This document shows positions 49,851-62,490 of a stretch of 64,000 nt of DNA, piece by piece; position 1 is the first letter of the stretch, and every line of letters starts with the position of its first letter. The stretch covers positions 1 to 64,000 of the forward strand of contig CAUYUJ010000177.1 of NCBI GenBank assembly GCA_963575745.1. Direction: 5' to 3'. The notes beneath the pieces were generated by a model that saw nothing but the letters and a program-made list of their open reading frames with translations, did not search any database and was not told the DNA's origin. The position numbers were made by a program, and so were the translations under genes. The stretch comes from Prorocentrum cordatum (taxonomy: Eukaryota).

Positions 49851-52800
49851 ATTGCGCCGTAGCAGCCAGGATGCGGGCTTCGGGCTGAAGACGAAGGCGC
49901 TTTCTGAAGACTCAATTGGCAGAGGGCGGCCGGACTAGTCAAAACGCTCTTCTGGTTGAAGACGCAGCTGCCCAACCCAAGGGCGAAGCCGCAAAGGCGA
50001 TTGAAGACGCACTTCCTTTTGAACACGCAAATTTGCATGAAGACGCCATCGCTCGAGAAGACGCTGTTCCGCCCGGGGGTCCTGTAGCAGAGGGTTTGTT
50101 GCGCCGCGTTCCCTGCGCCGACGTCATCCTTCGGCGCCGACGCTGTTCCCGCGCAGACGCTGTTCTGGGCGCGGAGCGCGGACGCTGTTCCCGTCGCGGA
50201 CGCTGTTCCTGGCGCAGACGCTGCTCCCGGCTCGTGTTCCCTGCGCAGGCGTCGCTCTCGGCGCAGACGCCATCCCCCGCGCCGCAGCGGGTCGGGCGCC
50301 ACTCCACGGAGGCCCGCACGGTGGGAGGGCACCGCTCGCGCCGCCTCCTCGGAGCCCGCTGGGCCCGCCAAAAAGCTGGGGGCCTGCGCGCCTGCCGCAC
50401 CGCCCTGCACGCGCAAGGGGACGGAAGCCTGACCGCGCCGTCGGAGCAGCGCGCGAACCTGAGGTGGGGCCTGCACGACGCAGTGGGGGCGCGTGCCAAG
50501 AAGCCAGTTGGATTCTGCCAGGGTGCCCCGGGCTTCCTGGACGTCGATGGGTCCCTAAGACCTGGGTGGTCCCCCAAGACCTGGAGGTGGGGCCTGCACA
50601 ACAAGGACGTCGTGGCCAGGCTAAAAGATCGGAAAGAGCGTGTTCTGCCGCTGCTGGCGGAAAGCCGGGGGGGGGTCACTACCGGTTCGAACCCCTCCCC
50701 CCCCCCCCCTTCCGGAAAACCGGGGGGGGGTCACTACCGGTTCGAACCCCTTCCCCCCCCCCACAATACAGTGGGGGCGCGTGCCAGGAAACCAGCTGGA
50801 TTCTGCCAGGGTGCCCTGGGTTTCCTGGGCTTCGATGGGTCTCCACCAATAAGACCTGGCTGATTTTCGATCGACAAGCTTGGGTTTTCATTGAACAAAT
50901 CGCGGATTTCAAGGTTGGGTTTCTTGCGGAGGTTTCTTGTGGCCGAGGCCCCACTGTAAGGACATCGTGGCCAAGCTAAAAGATCGACGCCTCATCTAAT
51001 CAGATCCCCGCGAGTTGCGAAAGTATCCGCGACGGGTGTCGGCTTTGATGCAAGCCCTGGCGCTGCCCGACGCGGCAGCGCCATGGCCATGCTTGGCGAG
51101 CTTGCCCGCCTCGAACTGATGCCCAGTCTAGTCCAGTCTGGCGAATGGTCGTCTCGACCTCTGTGGCTCACATGACAGTGCCAGCCATGCCTCATCCCAT
51201 AGGCGTATTGGCCTCAGCGGTTGTGTTTGCGTTTGGCCCATTGCCGCTCACAGCGCCCGTCAGATCCATGCATAGTGATTTTGCGGCGAAAGCAAAAACT
51301 ATCAAGAGGCCCCCAACTGGCAAAGTGGCTTGTGATCTTTGGCTTGTGACCGCATCTGAAGTATGGGGCTCTTGTTTTTTTGTAGAATGCCTGCGCCTCA
51401 CCTTCCTCCTCCCTTTCTAGACCCACCCCTCTCCGATAAGATAATTGTCAGATTCAGTCACATGCCGATTCAATCACACTCAGGCTCACTACCCTCTCAT
51501 ATTCACTCGGGCCCAGTCGAGTCACACTCAGACTCACTACCCATTTATACTCAGACCCACGCGTATCCAATTATTCATATTCAGACTCCTCGCGCTCAGA
51601 GTTACCCTTGACTAGACACGCTTACATTCAGACTCACACTCGCACCCTGATTTTCCCACACTCAGTCTGACCCATATTCCCCAATCAGCGCTTGCACTGA
51701 AGGGGTCCTAGCGAAAGTTGGAAGATTTGGCGAAAGTTTCCCGCCAATTTTGGTAGCAGGCTGGGTTCCCGGGTTCCCGGTTATTGGTTCTGGGCCGATT
51801 TCGGTGGGTTCTGGGTTCCCGGGCTCCCGGGTTCTCGGTCGATATCCTCAGCGAAAACCATCCACTGATTGGGTTTTTTCTCTGGTGTAATTCCGTTTCA
51901 ATCACGCTCGGGCATCACACCCATACCCAATCGGACCCTCTCTTTCTCGGAGCTCCATGATCACCGCAATGGAGCAGACACGGCGCTTGGGCTTCGTAGA
52001 GGAGGCCCTGAGATCCGACGTAGCGAAAAAATTGCAGCCTCGTGAAAATCCGCGCCCGGAGCCCCGGACCCCATCTTTCTGCGTCATTTTTCGAGCTGGA
52101 TCGATCTGTGAGGGCCCCGGGGCCCGAAGAACGGCGAGAACGCCCGGCTCGAAAAAATTGAGTCGCCAGGATCTAAGGGGGGGTCGTCGGGCCCCGGCGG
52201 CGGCGCGCAGCCGGCTGCGGGCAGCCCGCGCGCTCTGCCGGCGGCGCTGCCTTCGGGCTGGCACGCCCGCGGCCTGCCGCGCGCGCTCTCTCCCCGCCGC
52301 CGCTGGGGCCGAGGGTCTCGGCGCGCGGCGAAGCCGAAGGCGAGCGAGCAGGCCGAGCGACGGAGGAGAACGGGTTCGATGGCGCGGACGTCCGCGCGCA
52401 AGCGTCTCGCGTCGCGAGGCCGCGCGTACGCCCCTTCGCCTCCACGCGGCGCGCCGCGCGGGCGGCCCGCGTCAGCCACAGGCGTGAGGTCGCTATGCCG
52501 TCGTGAGTCTGAGTGAGGCCCTTTCCGTTTCGTCGCCCAGCTCGGACCAGTTGGAGCCCTTGCGTTCTTGACACCACATGCAAGGCATCCCTTGTCTGGG
52601 GGAGCCCTTCGGCGTCGCTCGTTGCTGCGTGACTTCCTCCGCGCTCCCCTGAACAGACGGCTCGCGCTCTCGCCCCCCCAGATCAGGCCGAAGATGGCCT
52701 CGTCCTCCTTTCCCTCCTGCTGCTCCTCCACCTGTCTGGGCTCCTCCAGCTCCCCTTCTCACTCCACCTCCTCCCTCCTCTTGCTCCTCCCCCCCTATGC

Positions 52801-52869
52801 CTCACCCGCCTCCCCCTCCCCTCCTCCTCCTCCTCCTCCTCCTCCTCCTCCTCCTCCTCATCATCATCA

Positions 52870-52891
52870 TCCGTAGCCGTTTGGGTTCAAG
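52870..52891 (+). other. Full-length DinoSL relic
   Basis: TCCGTAGCCGTTTGGGTTCAAG matches DCCGTAGCCATTTTGGCTCAAG at 19/22, directly after (CCT)n(CAT)n. Confidence 0.8.
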
Positions 52892-53359
52892 ATGCTTCGT
52901 TTCCCGGGGGGGGAAACGGATACCGCTATTCCGCGGACAGCCTTCTCGGAGATTCCTTCCATCTGTTGTGAGCTCCTGCTGGGGCCTTCCATATCTTGAG
53001 CGCTGCAGTCAAATTGCTCCTCCACGTCCACGCGGCATCCACCTGATGCCATGTCGTCATCAGTTGATGGCTCTAGTAGTGGTGGCGTTGCTGACCAACT
53101 CGACGTTCCCAGATGTAAGTTCAAGGACATGAAGCTGCGGCAACCGCTAAGTATCGCAGAGCCTTCACCAAGCTCGAACAAACCGACCGACAATAGCGCA
53201 GGTTCGTCGCTCCAGCTCCAGCCGCCGCTACTGGCCACGACACACCCAATCCAGAAAAGATATCCTCGCTAAGGAGATCTACAGCCACATGAGAAACGCG
53301 CACCCGCACGACAACTGGCGCACCGACCGCTAGAAGGGCCAGATCCCCAGGCGCAGCTT

Positions 53360-55500
53360 ACCCGTGGCCCGCATCGAGGTGGGCCGACAGCCTGAGGGCG
53401 CGCCAACCTTCTATTGGAACAGCGCTGCCGTTGGGAAGCTCACCGCCAACGCGCAGGTCACCTTCGACAAGTCCAGCGACCAGTCCTTCCCCAACTCCCT
53501 GGCCGAGCCCGCCGACGCGGACGTCGAGTGGCGGACTCGGCGTTGCCTTCGTTCCGTGGAAAGTTCGGCATATTCCTGACCGCGAGGACAAGCGCTCCGC
53601 AGCCATCTGCGGACGGGGGGGCAGCCGCGCGGGCCCCCCACACCATGACGCTCACAAGAGAGACGCCAAGATGAAGCACCTCGCCAGGCTGCCCATGCTC
53701 AAGCCCACCCGGTGGGCTCTCCAAGACGTTCATGGGCCGGAGCCAGAACTCCGACTGGCTCTGCACCGCGCCCGCATCCTGCGCGCCCACTGCCTCTTCT
53801 GCCCCATCCCCGCTCGCGCGGCTGGCTGCGTCGCCGCCGCGGCGCCGAAACTGGACGACCGCGCGAAGGAACCGCAAGCGGAGATCGCCCCTGGTCGCGT
53901 TCTACGCCGACAGCTTCTGATGGCGCGCAGCGACGCCATCGGCTTCGAGGGGCTGGGCCGCGCCGCCTACTGCGTCCGCGGCTTCGACCTGCCGAGCGCT
54001 GGCCTCGACGCCATCGAAGAGCGCATCGGCGCCGACCGCGCCCGCTGCCTGGCGGCCCCTGAGCGCGCGGCCGCGGTCGCCCCCGGCGGCTTCAGCTTCT
54101 CCGGCAGGCCTGCCCGCTGCCCGCGCCCCGCCCAGGCGCGCCGCGACGTCTCCGTCGCCGACTCCTGCGACGGCGCCGGCGCAGACCAGCCTGCCAGGCG
54201 ACGGGGCGACATCCTGCCCCCCCCCTTCGCGGAGGCCCGCGGCGCCTCGACGGCGCGCCGCGCGGCTGACTGGCCTGCTGGCCCCAGCGCCCCGCGGTTG
54301 GACAGTGCGTCCGCCGCTGGCCCATCGCGGCCGGCGCAGCCTTGGCACTGGGGCGCGCGCGCGCGCTGGCAGACCCATTTCGAGCTGCTCGACTTTGCGC
54401 ATCTCCGACCGCGCGCCGATCTGCGCGGGGGCCGCCGCGCGCCAGCCCATCCGACCTGGCGCGCAGCGCGCCCCTGGCCGCGTCTTCAAACGCGCCAGGC
54501 TCAAGTTCTTCCCCGGCGGCCTCGTTGCCGCCGTTTCTGACGCGGGCTCTCTTGCCGCCTACAAGAATCACTCCACCTAAGGGAGCTTGCAAGGGGAACC
54601 GCTTGCGCTACCCGAAACTCCCCGTTGGAAATTCAGCGCCGGCGCCACCTGCAGAGCTCCCGCTCGATCGCCAGGGCCCTCCGGCGCGGCGACACCAGGC
54701 TGGCCAGCGCCCATCACCGCAAGCACGAGGTCGCCAAGGGGCGCGCCCGCGTCGCCGACGACAGGGTCGAGCTCCACGACGCAGTGGCCTCTGGGCGCCC
54801 AGTCGCCAGTCGCCAGACGGATCGCCGCCGCGAGCGCGCCGAGGCCGCCCAGAGGCGCGCCGACGCTGCCGACGAGGAGAAAGCTGCTTGGTCTTCACCG
54901 TGCTCGCAGAGCTGATGCTCGGCGCGCCCATCCGCGGGCGCCCAGCAAGCGCCGCGCGACCCTCCCATCGATCGTCCACGAGTGGATGGACATCTTCGAC
55001 AAGCTCGACCTGCCCGAGCACATCCGCAAGTACTGGGGCGAGGTCTTTGCGGAGAAGCCCGCGCGTAGCGGCTTCCGCCGGCGGCTCCTGATCGAGAACG
55101 CCGCGGACCTCGGCCTCGCCGACTGTCGCGCGCCGACGCTGCGCCACAGCGAGATGGCCACCGAGGCGGCCAACCGGACAGCGCCAGGACCTGATGGCCC
55201 CCCTGCGCCGCCCTTTCGAGTTCATTCGCATTCATGCCTCGCGGCAAGCGCCGACGGCATCGGGGCCGCCATCGAGAATGGCGCCCTGCGCAATAAGGCG
55301 CGCGCCGCCTTCCATGCTGCGGAGCTGCTGGCTGGGCCCCGCCTCGACTTCAAGAAGTGCGCCGTCGTTCCCTTTGGGGGGCGCGTTCGACCCCAACATG
55401 ATTTTGGAGTCTCAGGGCAGGCTGCGCTCCTTTCAGGACTCCTGGGGCCCCATCAGCATCGCAGTCTGAGTCAAGTACCTGCGATTGCTCCCCGGCCCCG
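53360..55500 (+). pseudogene. Heavily decayed, internally deleted LINE ORF2 remnant
   Basis: APGPDG at ~55181, SADGIG (xADD-like), LDFKKC and KYL (~55473) are RT-like motifs. The upstream part is only tentatively endonuclease/tower sequence. Confidence 0.65.
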
Positions 55501-55579
55501 CGGGAGGAGGAGGAGGAGGAGGAGGAGGAGGAGGAGGCCTTCTCTGCCTTGGCCCCCTCTGGAGCCCCCGGCCCATCCG

Positions 55580-57097
55580 TGCGCGCTGATACTCCTGTCG
55601 GTGGCGAGACATCCGCAGAGGATCCTGGACAGGCTGATCGGCTTCTTCGTCGGGCACGTCTATCTGGCCGCCTGCGGCAAGTCCCGCCGCCGCTGTCATC
55701 GCAGCACGACGGAGGGTAGGGGTCGGAGGAGGACGAGCAGCGGGAGGAGGAGATGGAGGAGGAGGAGGAGGAGGAGGAGGAGGAGGAGGAGGAGGAGGCT
55801 CTCGGAGGAACAGCAGCAGGATGAGGATCAGGAAGAGCAGGAGTGAGAAGACTGCGCGCGACCTGGAACCGGGCGTTTGGCCACCGCTCTGAGGAGGAGG
55901 AGGAGGAGGAGGAGGAGGAGGGGATGGAGGAGATGGAGAAGTAGGAGGAGGAGGAGGAGGCGGCGGAGGAGCAGTGTAAACCCAAGACGCATCAGCGATG
56001 TTACGAGCAAACCTCCTTCCAAATTCCCCCTTCACAGGTCCCTACAAGAGCATCTGTTCGTGGTGGGACGCGTCCCGTTGGAAGACTGCAGTTTGTGAGT
56101 CCTCAATCCTGCCAAACCGCAATTTCTGGGATGCGCGTGACTGTTGCGTCCTGGTATTCCTGAGTGGTGCCAGAACGACATTGCTGGATTTCAACTCCGC
56201 GAATCCAGATAACTGTTGCGTCTTGGCAGTCCTAGGTCGTGCCAGAATTTCAGCCATACGAATCCTTGAGCCTGCTGCACACCTTCACTACGAATGTGCG
56301 CGGCGCCCAGGCCAGAGCCACCTTTTGAAAACCAGCCGCCGCCCTTGAGGTTGTTGCAGACTTTTACGACGAGGGCGATAAGCACACTATGAAAAGGAGC
56401 CGCCGTCTATTTTCGATACCATGGCGTATTCCAAACGTCAGGGCCCTCAATGGTGAGGAAGTCTCCAGCGACACGCTGGGCCAGTCCTGCGGACACATTT
56501 CTGGGGGGGCGACAGGGATAAGCTACAGGCCTCGGAACAAATTAGCGAACACTCATGCCACATTCATCCGTCAACGCTTCCCCCTCCCCCCAATATTCAA
56601 AGTTGGCGGTGGGTCTGATGAGATGCACTTGGGCCGCAGTGCCCCCGCGCGTGCCAACATTGAGTTTGGGGGGGAGGGGGAGTGTTCAGCAATTGTTTCC
56701 CTCTACCGTATTTCAAGGGGAAGGGATGGAGGTGGAGGGGGATAAAGGTTCAATGACAATGGAGGGAGGGGAGGGGGAGGTCCGGGCAGAACAGGGAGGA
56801 CGGACGGCGGACAATGTGGGCTGTGACACCTATGAGATGACTGGTGCTGGAGGAGGAGGCGGAGGAGAAAGAGGAGGAGGGGGAGGAAGAGGGGAGAAGG
56901 AGGATCAGCCAGAAGAGGAGGAGGAGGATGAGGAGAAGGAGGAGGAGGAGCAGGACATTCCAACACGCTCCTACGTGTCAGGGGACACGTGAGTTGTTTC
57001 AGTTCGAAGACTTCGAGCATGATGGACACTGCCAAATGGGTTTCGCTTTTCTACGCCGAGAGCGCCTCAAGGTACATCTGTTCAGCGAGCATTGACC
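55580..57097 (+). pseudogene. Partial Derlin duplicate: exon 4 identical (55580-55663), exon 5 indel-garbled (~56990-57097), exons 1-3 absent
   Basis: CALILLSVARHPQRILDRLIGFFVGHVY is intact. Exon 5 remnants include ttcgaagac, actgccaa, acgccgagagcgc and cattga. Confidence 0.85.
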
Positions 57098-58622
57098 TGT
57101 TCCGTGGGCCATGTCCACGGAGCCTCCACGCAACTCGCTCTCCAGCCGATGGGGGAAGGGGGGTCGTGAGAAGGGGTGGAGCGATTCAGGACGGAGGAGC
57201 AACGGAGGAGGCGGGCTGAAACCCCTAATGGTCGTTTGCTGCAGCTGCACTTGGTTCGAAGTCAGCTTTTTCCCGATGAGAGGGCAGGCGCCCCCCCTTG
57301 ATAAGACCAGCATCCTGTCGGGGGATCTTGGAGCGAGGGCCCCGCCTCGTACAGGAGCTGCTTCGCCTCCTCCTCACTCCTCCTTCTCCATCCTCCTCCC
57401 TCTCCTCCTCCTTCCTCCTCCTCCTCCTCCTCCTCCTCCTCCTCCTCCTCCTCCTCACACAGGCGCTGCTTTGCATCCTCCTCCTCCTCTTCCTCTTGGG
57501 GAGCGCGGCCGCGTAGCGGACTGAGAGACATCTGGGGCCCTGGCGGTCGTCAGCGTGCTGACGGTCGCCAGGGCCTCTTTCATGACGTCCCCTCCTCCTC
57601 CTCCATCTCCTCCTCCTCCCCTCCTCAACCTCCTCCTCCGTCTCCTCCGCCTCCTCCTCCTCCTCCTCCTCCTCCTCCTCCTCCTGGTCCGTGGATCCAG
57701 AGGGCGCGCGGGCAAAACAACGTGTAAAAAGTTGGGGTGGTGCGCCAGATGCGTCCCATATGCAGTCAAGAGCAGTGTTCCAGACGCGCAATGCAAATTA
57801 TGCCATGGGATAGCGCAAACATGTGTCACACATGAGAACCTTCCATTGGAATTACTTTTTTTGCCCATTGTTGTCTTGGTCGGTCTCTGCGGCGGCGGTG
57901 AGCCCAATTGTTCGGATTGCCGTCGACCGCAGAAACCAGTTGTCTTACTAAATCATGGCCTGACCGCGCGGCCATCTTATCGTACAGGTCGGTATGTACT
58001 TCGTCTACAATGCCAGATCGAGGTTTGGAGTCTGCCCGTCCCAAGGCAGTCTCGTGAGATATATGCGAGTAATGTGCATGAGGGATGCCCATGATTACAG
58101 TCGGGTCGCTGAGGAAGGAACCCTTTTCGTTGGGGAGAGGCTCAGTGTTATTCCTCAATTGTTGTGCAGTGTTCCTTAGGTTTTCGATGGGACATCGAAA
58201 TTTAAGTCATGGAAGAAATGGGCCTCGTTCCTTCTTTGGGGCTACTTCGGTCAATGCCCCCATTCTATTTCGCAAACGTGTGCCGTGGAACTCGCCCGAC
58301 TTAAGTTTGTCCGCTCTGGGCAGCAACAGAGGGTCTAGCGAATACAAACTTGGCCACCACACAACTTGAATATACATGCGCACACATACACATACATATA
58401 GACGTACACATACAACGGCGCACCGGGTCCGGGCGCCCGGGGCCGGCGCCGCTACCGCAAATGTGGGCCCCGGGGCCCTCGGGGAGCCCCGGGGCCTCAC
58501 AGAAGGCCGCCAGAAGGCGCCAAGGAGGCCCCAAGAGGCTCCAGAACAGACCCGGGACGCCCGAAGGTTGCTCCCAGACGCCCAACTTGAACATACATGC
58601 GCACACATACACATACATATCA

Positions 58623-58653
<31 letters not shown>

Positions 58654-59560
58654 CAAGACTGCAGTGGCGCTTCGCGCCATGCACCTTGGTCCTTGAAATT
58701 TGGTATGCAGGCGGACTAACGGGAAGGTCAAGCCGACAATTTAGCGATAACTCCTTTTCCGGCATCGCCGCTATAATAATGTTATTCGTTATCCTTCCTC
58801 CATGCATCTTATTCCTACTTTTCGCCATGCCCTGCGCATTCTCCCCATCCTCCTCAGCTCTTTTTGCGGAGGCTCCTCCTTGGAGAGCCTCTGGGGGCCT
58901 CATGGGCGTGTTCTGGAAGCTTTCTTAAGGCCTTCTGGAGGCCTCCTGGGCGTGTTCTGGTGGGTTCTGGGGGCTTGTCGGGCCACCCTGCCTCCAACCG
59001 CGTTCTCCCTGAACGACCGGGTCACGATTTGGAATGCTTCGGAGGGTGTCTTAGGGCCATCTTGGGCCGCCATGGGGCTCCCTGGAGGCCGTCTTGGACC
59101 CCTGTTGTGCCGTTTTGGGGCTCTCCTGGACTGCCTGGAAGCCCTTTCGGATGGTTGTGGTGCGATTTTGGAGCCTCCCAGGCGGCTTAGGACGCCCAGA
59201 AGACCGCCGTCTTGGAGCGTCGGGAAGCCGAAAAGAGGAGAACCCCAAAATAAGCCACAAACCAACAAAATCAACGATTTTCGCCTCGTGGGGCCTTCTT
59301 GGGAGTGCTCTTGGAGGCCTCTTGGGACGTTTCGGGACGATCTTTGGGGGTATGACGGCTTCTTGGGGGTCGTCGTCGACCGTATTGGGGCTCTCTGGGG
59401 TCGTTTCGGGAGCGCGCCACGTCCTGCGAGGCCCTGGGGGCCGCTTCGAGGCCCGTCCGGAGGGTCCCTAAGCCCCAGATCGCGGTAGTCCGGTTTTGGG
59501 GGGGGGGGCGGACGGGTTCTCCCCGCCCGAGCGTGCAGAAATATAGAAAGAGGAATCATT

Positions 59561-59591
<31 letters not shown>

Positions 59592-61782
59592 TATATATAT
59601 TATGCATGTATGCACATGCACATTCTATAAGTAAGCAGCCCCCCCCCCCCGGCCTGGCTGGCCGGCCCCGCAGCCATCGGCGGACAGCCGGCCGCCGGTG
59701 CCGCCCCCCCCCCCATGTCGTGCTTCTTCTTTATCTTTCTGTCTTATCTTTTCTTTCTTTGGTCTATTTTATTCTTTTTTCTTCTTGTTCTTTTCTTTTT
59801 TTTTTTTCGTTATTTACTTATTTATTCTTTTTTTTTTTCCCACGAAGGCGCTCTCTGGAGAGGCCACGAGGGCGCCAAGGACGAGCCGACGGGTTTTCAG
59901 AGGCCCTATGGACGGGCGCAAGATAGGGCGACGAGATTATACATATCCCACGCTCCCGGCCAGGCCATTCCTGGGGGCCCGAGGAGCGGTGTATTACGCC
60001 CTCCGGCCCTGCCAGGGAGGCATATACACAGCTCCTGGGCCCAGGATGGGCCTGGCCAGGAGCAGTGGATATGTATAGATCTCGTCGCCCTACAAGAAGG
60101 TCCCGAGCTGCCCAATACGGCCTAGGAGGATTCCCAGGGCTCTCCCAAGAGGGGCCCAGGAGGCCCAGATCGTCTCATTCCTGTGGGACAGACGTGCAGT
60201 TTTGGCACGTGCGACTTGTCAGCTCTCGCGGCTGTGAAGTCGGTCCAAGACTTCCCCAAGACTTCCCCAAGGCAGCCCAAGACGTTCCCAGGAGGCCCCC
60301 GGGCCAGCCCAGCAGGCCGCCAAGACGGCCCGAGGGCCGCCTGAGACGCCGAGTTGGCCCCAAGACGGCGCCCAACACGGCCCAAGAAGGTTCCGAGTCG
60401 CCCAAGACTGCCCAAGATGGCCCCAAGAAGGTCCAAGAAGGCTCCAAACCCCAGGGGGTTCGAGTCAGGATTGCGCAACATCTTGCAGCTCTCAGCCTCT
60501 AGGATTCGCCTTGCAGGGCAATGCTGTTCTCAAGAGAGCAAAGCCCGCCTGCCTGTTCTTCGGGGCCTCCCCGCTCGATCACTCGGGGCCGCCGGCTGCC
60601 CGCCGGGATGTCCACCGACAGTTTCCTGTCCAAAAAAAAAGTCCAAAAAGGCTCAGAGGCGTCCCAAGAGGCCTCCAAGAGCACTCCCAGGAGGGCCCCA
60701 AGAAGCCACAGTTGTTGAATGCATACGGGGAAAGGTACATTTCATCAAATGCGACTTTTCGGCCTTCACGGCTTTGAAGACGGTCCGAAAGGCTCCCCAG
60801 ACTTGCCCAAAAGAGCCAAAGACACTCCCAAGAGGCCCTCACGACAGCCCAAGAGGGGGCCAAGACGGCCCGAGGGCTGCCCAAGACGGCCGAAGAAGGC
60901 CCGAGTCGCCCAAGATTGCCCAAGATGGCCCCAAGAAGGTCCAAGAAGTCTCCGAGACGTCCTAAGAGTGCTCCAAGAGCACTCCCAAGAGGATCCCAAG
61001 AAACTTGATTCGTTACATTCCTGCTGGCGAAGCGTACATTTTTAGCATCTACGGTTTGGGGGCCTTCACGGCTTCGAAGACGGTCCGAGAGGCCCCCAAT
61101 ATTTCCCCAAGCGAACTGAAAACCCTCCCAAGTGGCCCCAAAGATAGCCCAAAACGACGCCAAGACGGCCCAAGGGCCGACTGAGACGGCTCCAGCAGGG
61201 GTCCAAAAGGGGAACTCCGACTCGACAGTTGCAGCCTTCTGCCCAAAGAACCTCCCAGGAGGACACAGATGAGAAAACAGACGGCAGGAAACGACATATG
61301 CGTGATACAGATAATATGGAGGAAGTGGAGAAGAAGGACGAGGGGGGACGGAGAAGGAAACACACCACTCCTTGCCCGTGCCTCCCACCTGGACTATCCT
61401 CCTCCACAATGTTGAACTCTATTCCCCTTCTCCTCCAAACTCCATCGGTCCTCCTCTTCGTCTTCTTCCTTCCTGCTGTCACAACGTTTGTGCTTATGCC
61501 ACCGATAACTTCTGACGGTTCATCTTCGGCCGTCGTCTTCCTCTTCAATCCCCACTGACCCTCCGTCATCCTTCTCATCAATCTTCAAAGTATATCTTGA
61601 GCGTTCCTCCTCTAGACCTCTCTCTAAACCTCCTCCTGGCCGTTCAACAAAAATCCGATTTCAGGTCGCCCCTGGGACGTCGTCGCCGTCGTCACCTTTC
61701 GCCGGCCTTTCGCCGATTTTTTCTCGCAAGATTCGTCCGGAGTGGCCGCGGCGTCCGGGAGCGGTTCCGAGAGGGGACCGAC

Positions 61783-62490
61783 ATCTGACTCAATCGATCT
61801 CACTATCGATCTCACTCAACGGAATACCACGGGACACCACGGGACACCACGGGACACTTGTCGATCTCGCTATCGATTTCACTATCGATCTCACTCAACG
61901 GGACATCACGGGACACCACGGGCCACCACGGGACACCACGGGACACCGCGGAACACTTCTCGATCTCACTATCGGTCTCACGATCGATCTCACTATCAAT
62001 CTCACTCAGCGGGACACCATAGGACACCACCGGACACCACGGGACACTTCGGGAAATCACAGCGATCTCACTATCGATCTCACTATCGATCTCACTCAGC
62101 GGAACACCACGGGACACCAAGGGACATCACGGAACGCCTGTCGATCTCAGTATCGATCTCACTTTTTGGGACACCACGGGACACCACGGGACACCACGGG
62201 ACACCGCGGGCACCACATCGATCTCAGTATCGATCTCAGTATCGATCTCACTTTTTGGGACACCACGGGACACGACGGGACACAACGGGACACCTGTCGA
62301 TCTCACTATCGATCTCACTATCGATCTCACTTTTTGGGACACCACGGGACACCACGGGACAGCACCACATCGATCTCACTATCGATTTCACTATCGATCT
62401 CACTATCGATCTCACTATCGATCTCACTCAACGGGAAACCACGGGACACCATGGGACACCACGGGACACCACGGGACACCAGCGGGACAC
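61783..62490 (+). repeat. Duplicate of the 10/12-bp composite minisatellite
   Basis: Matches 19315-20020. Confidence 0.93.

Noticed and set aside
49860..50260. Acidic ORF start in 49916-50863
   Set aside because: It is built on recurring gaagacgc/gacgctgttc motifs and is probably a degenerate minisatellite.
50670..50760. tRNA gene from the GGTTCGAACC motif
   Set aside because: There is no cloverleaf, D-arm or anticodon arm.
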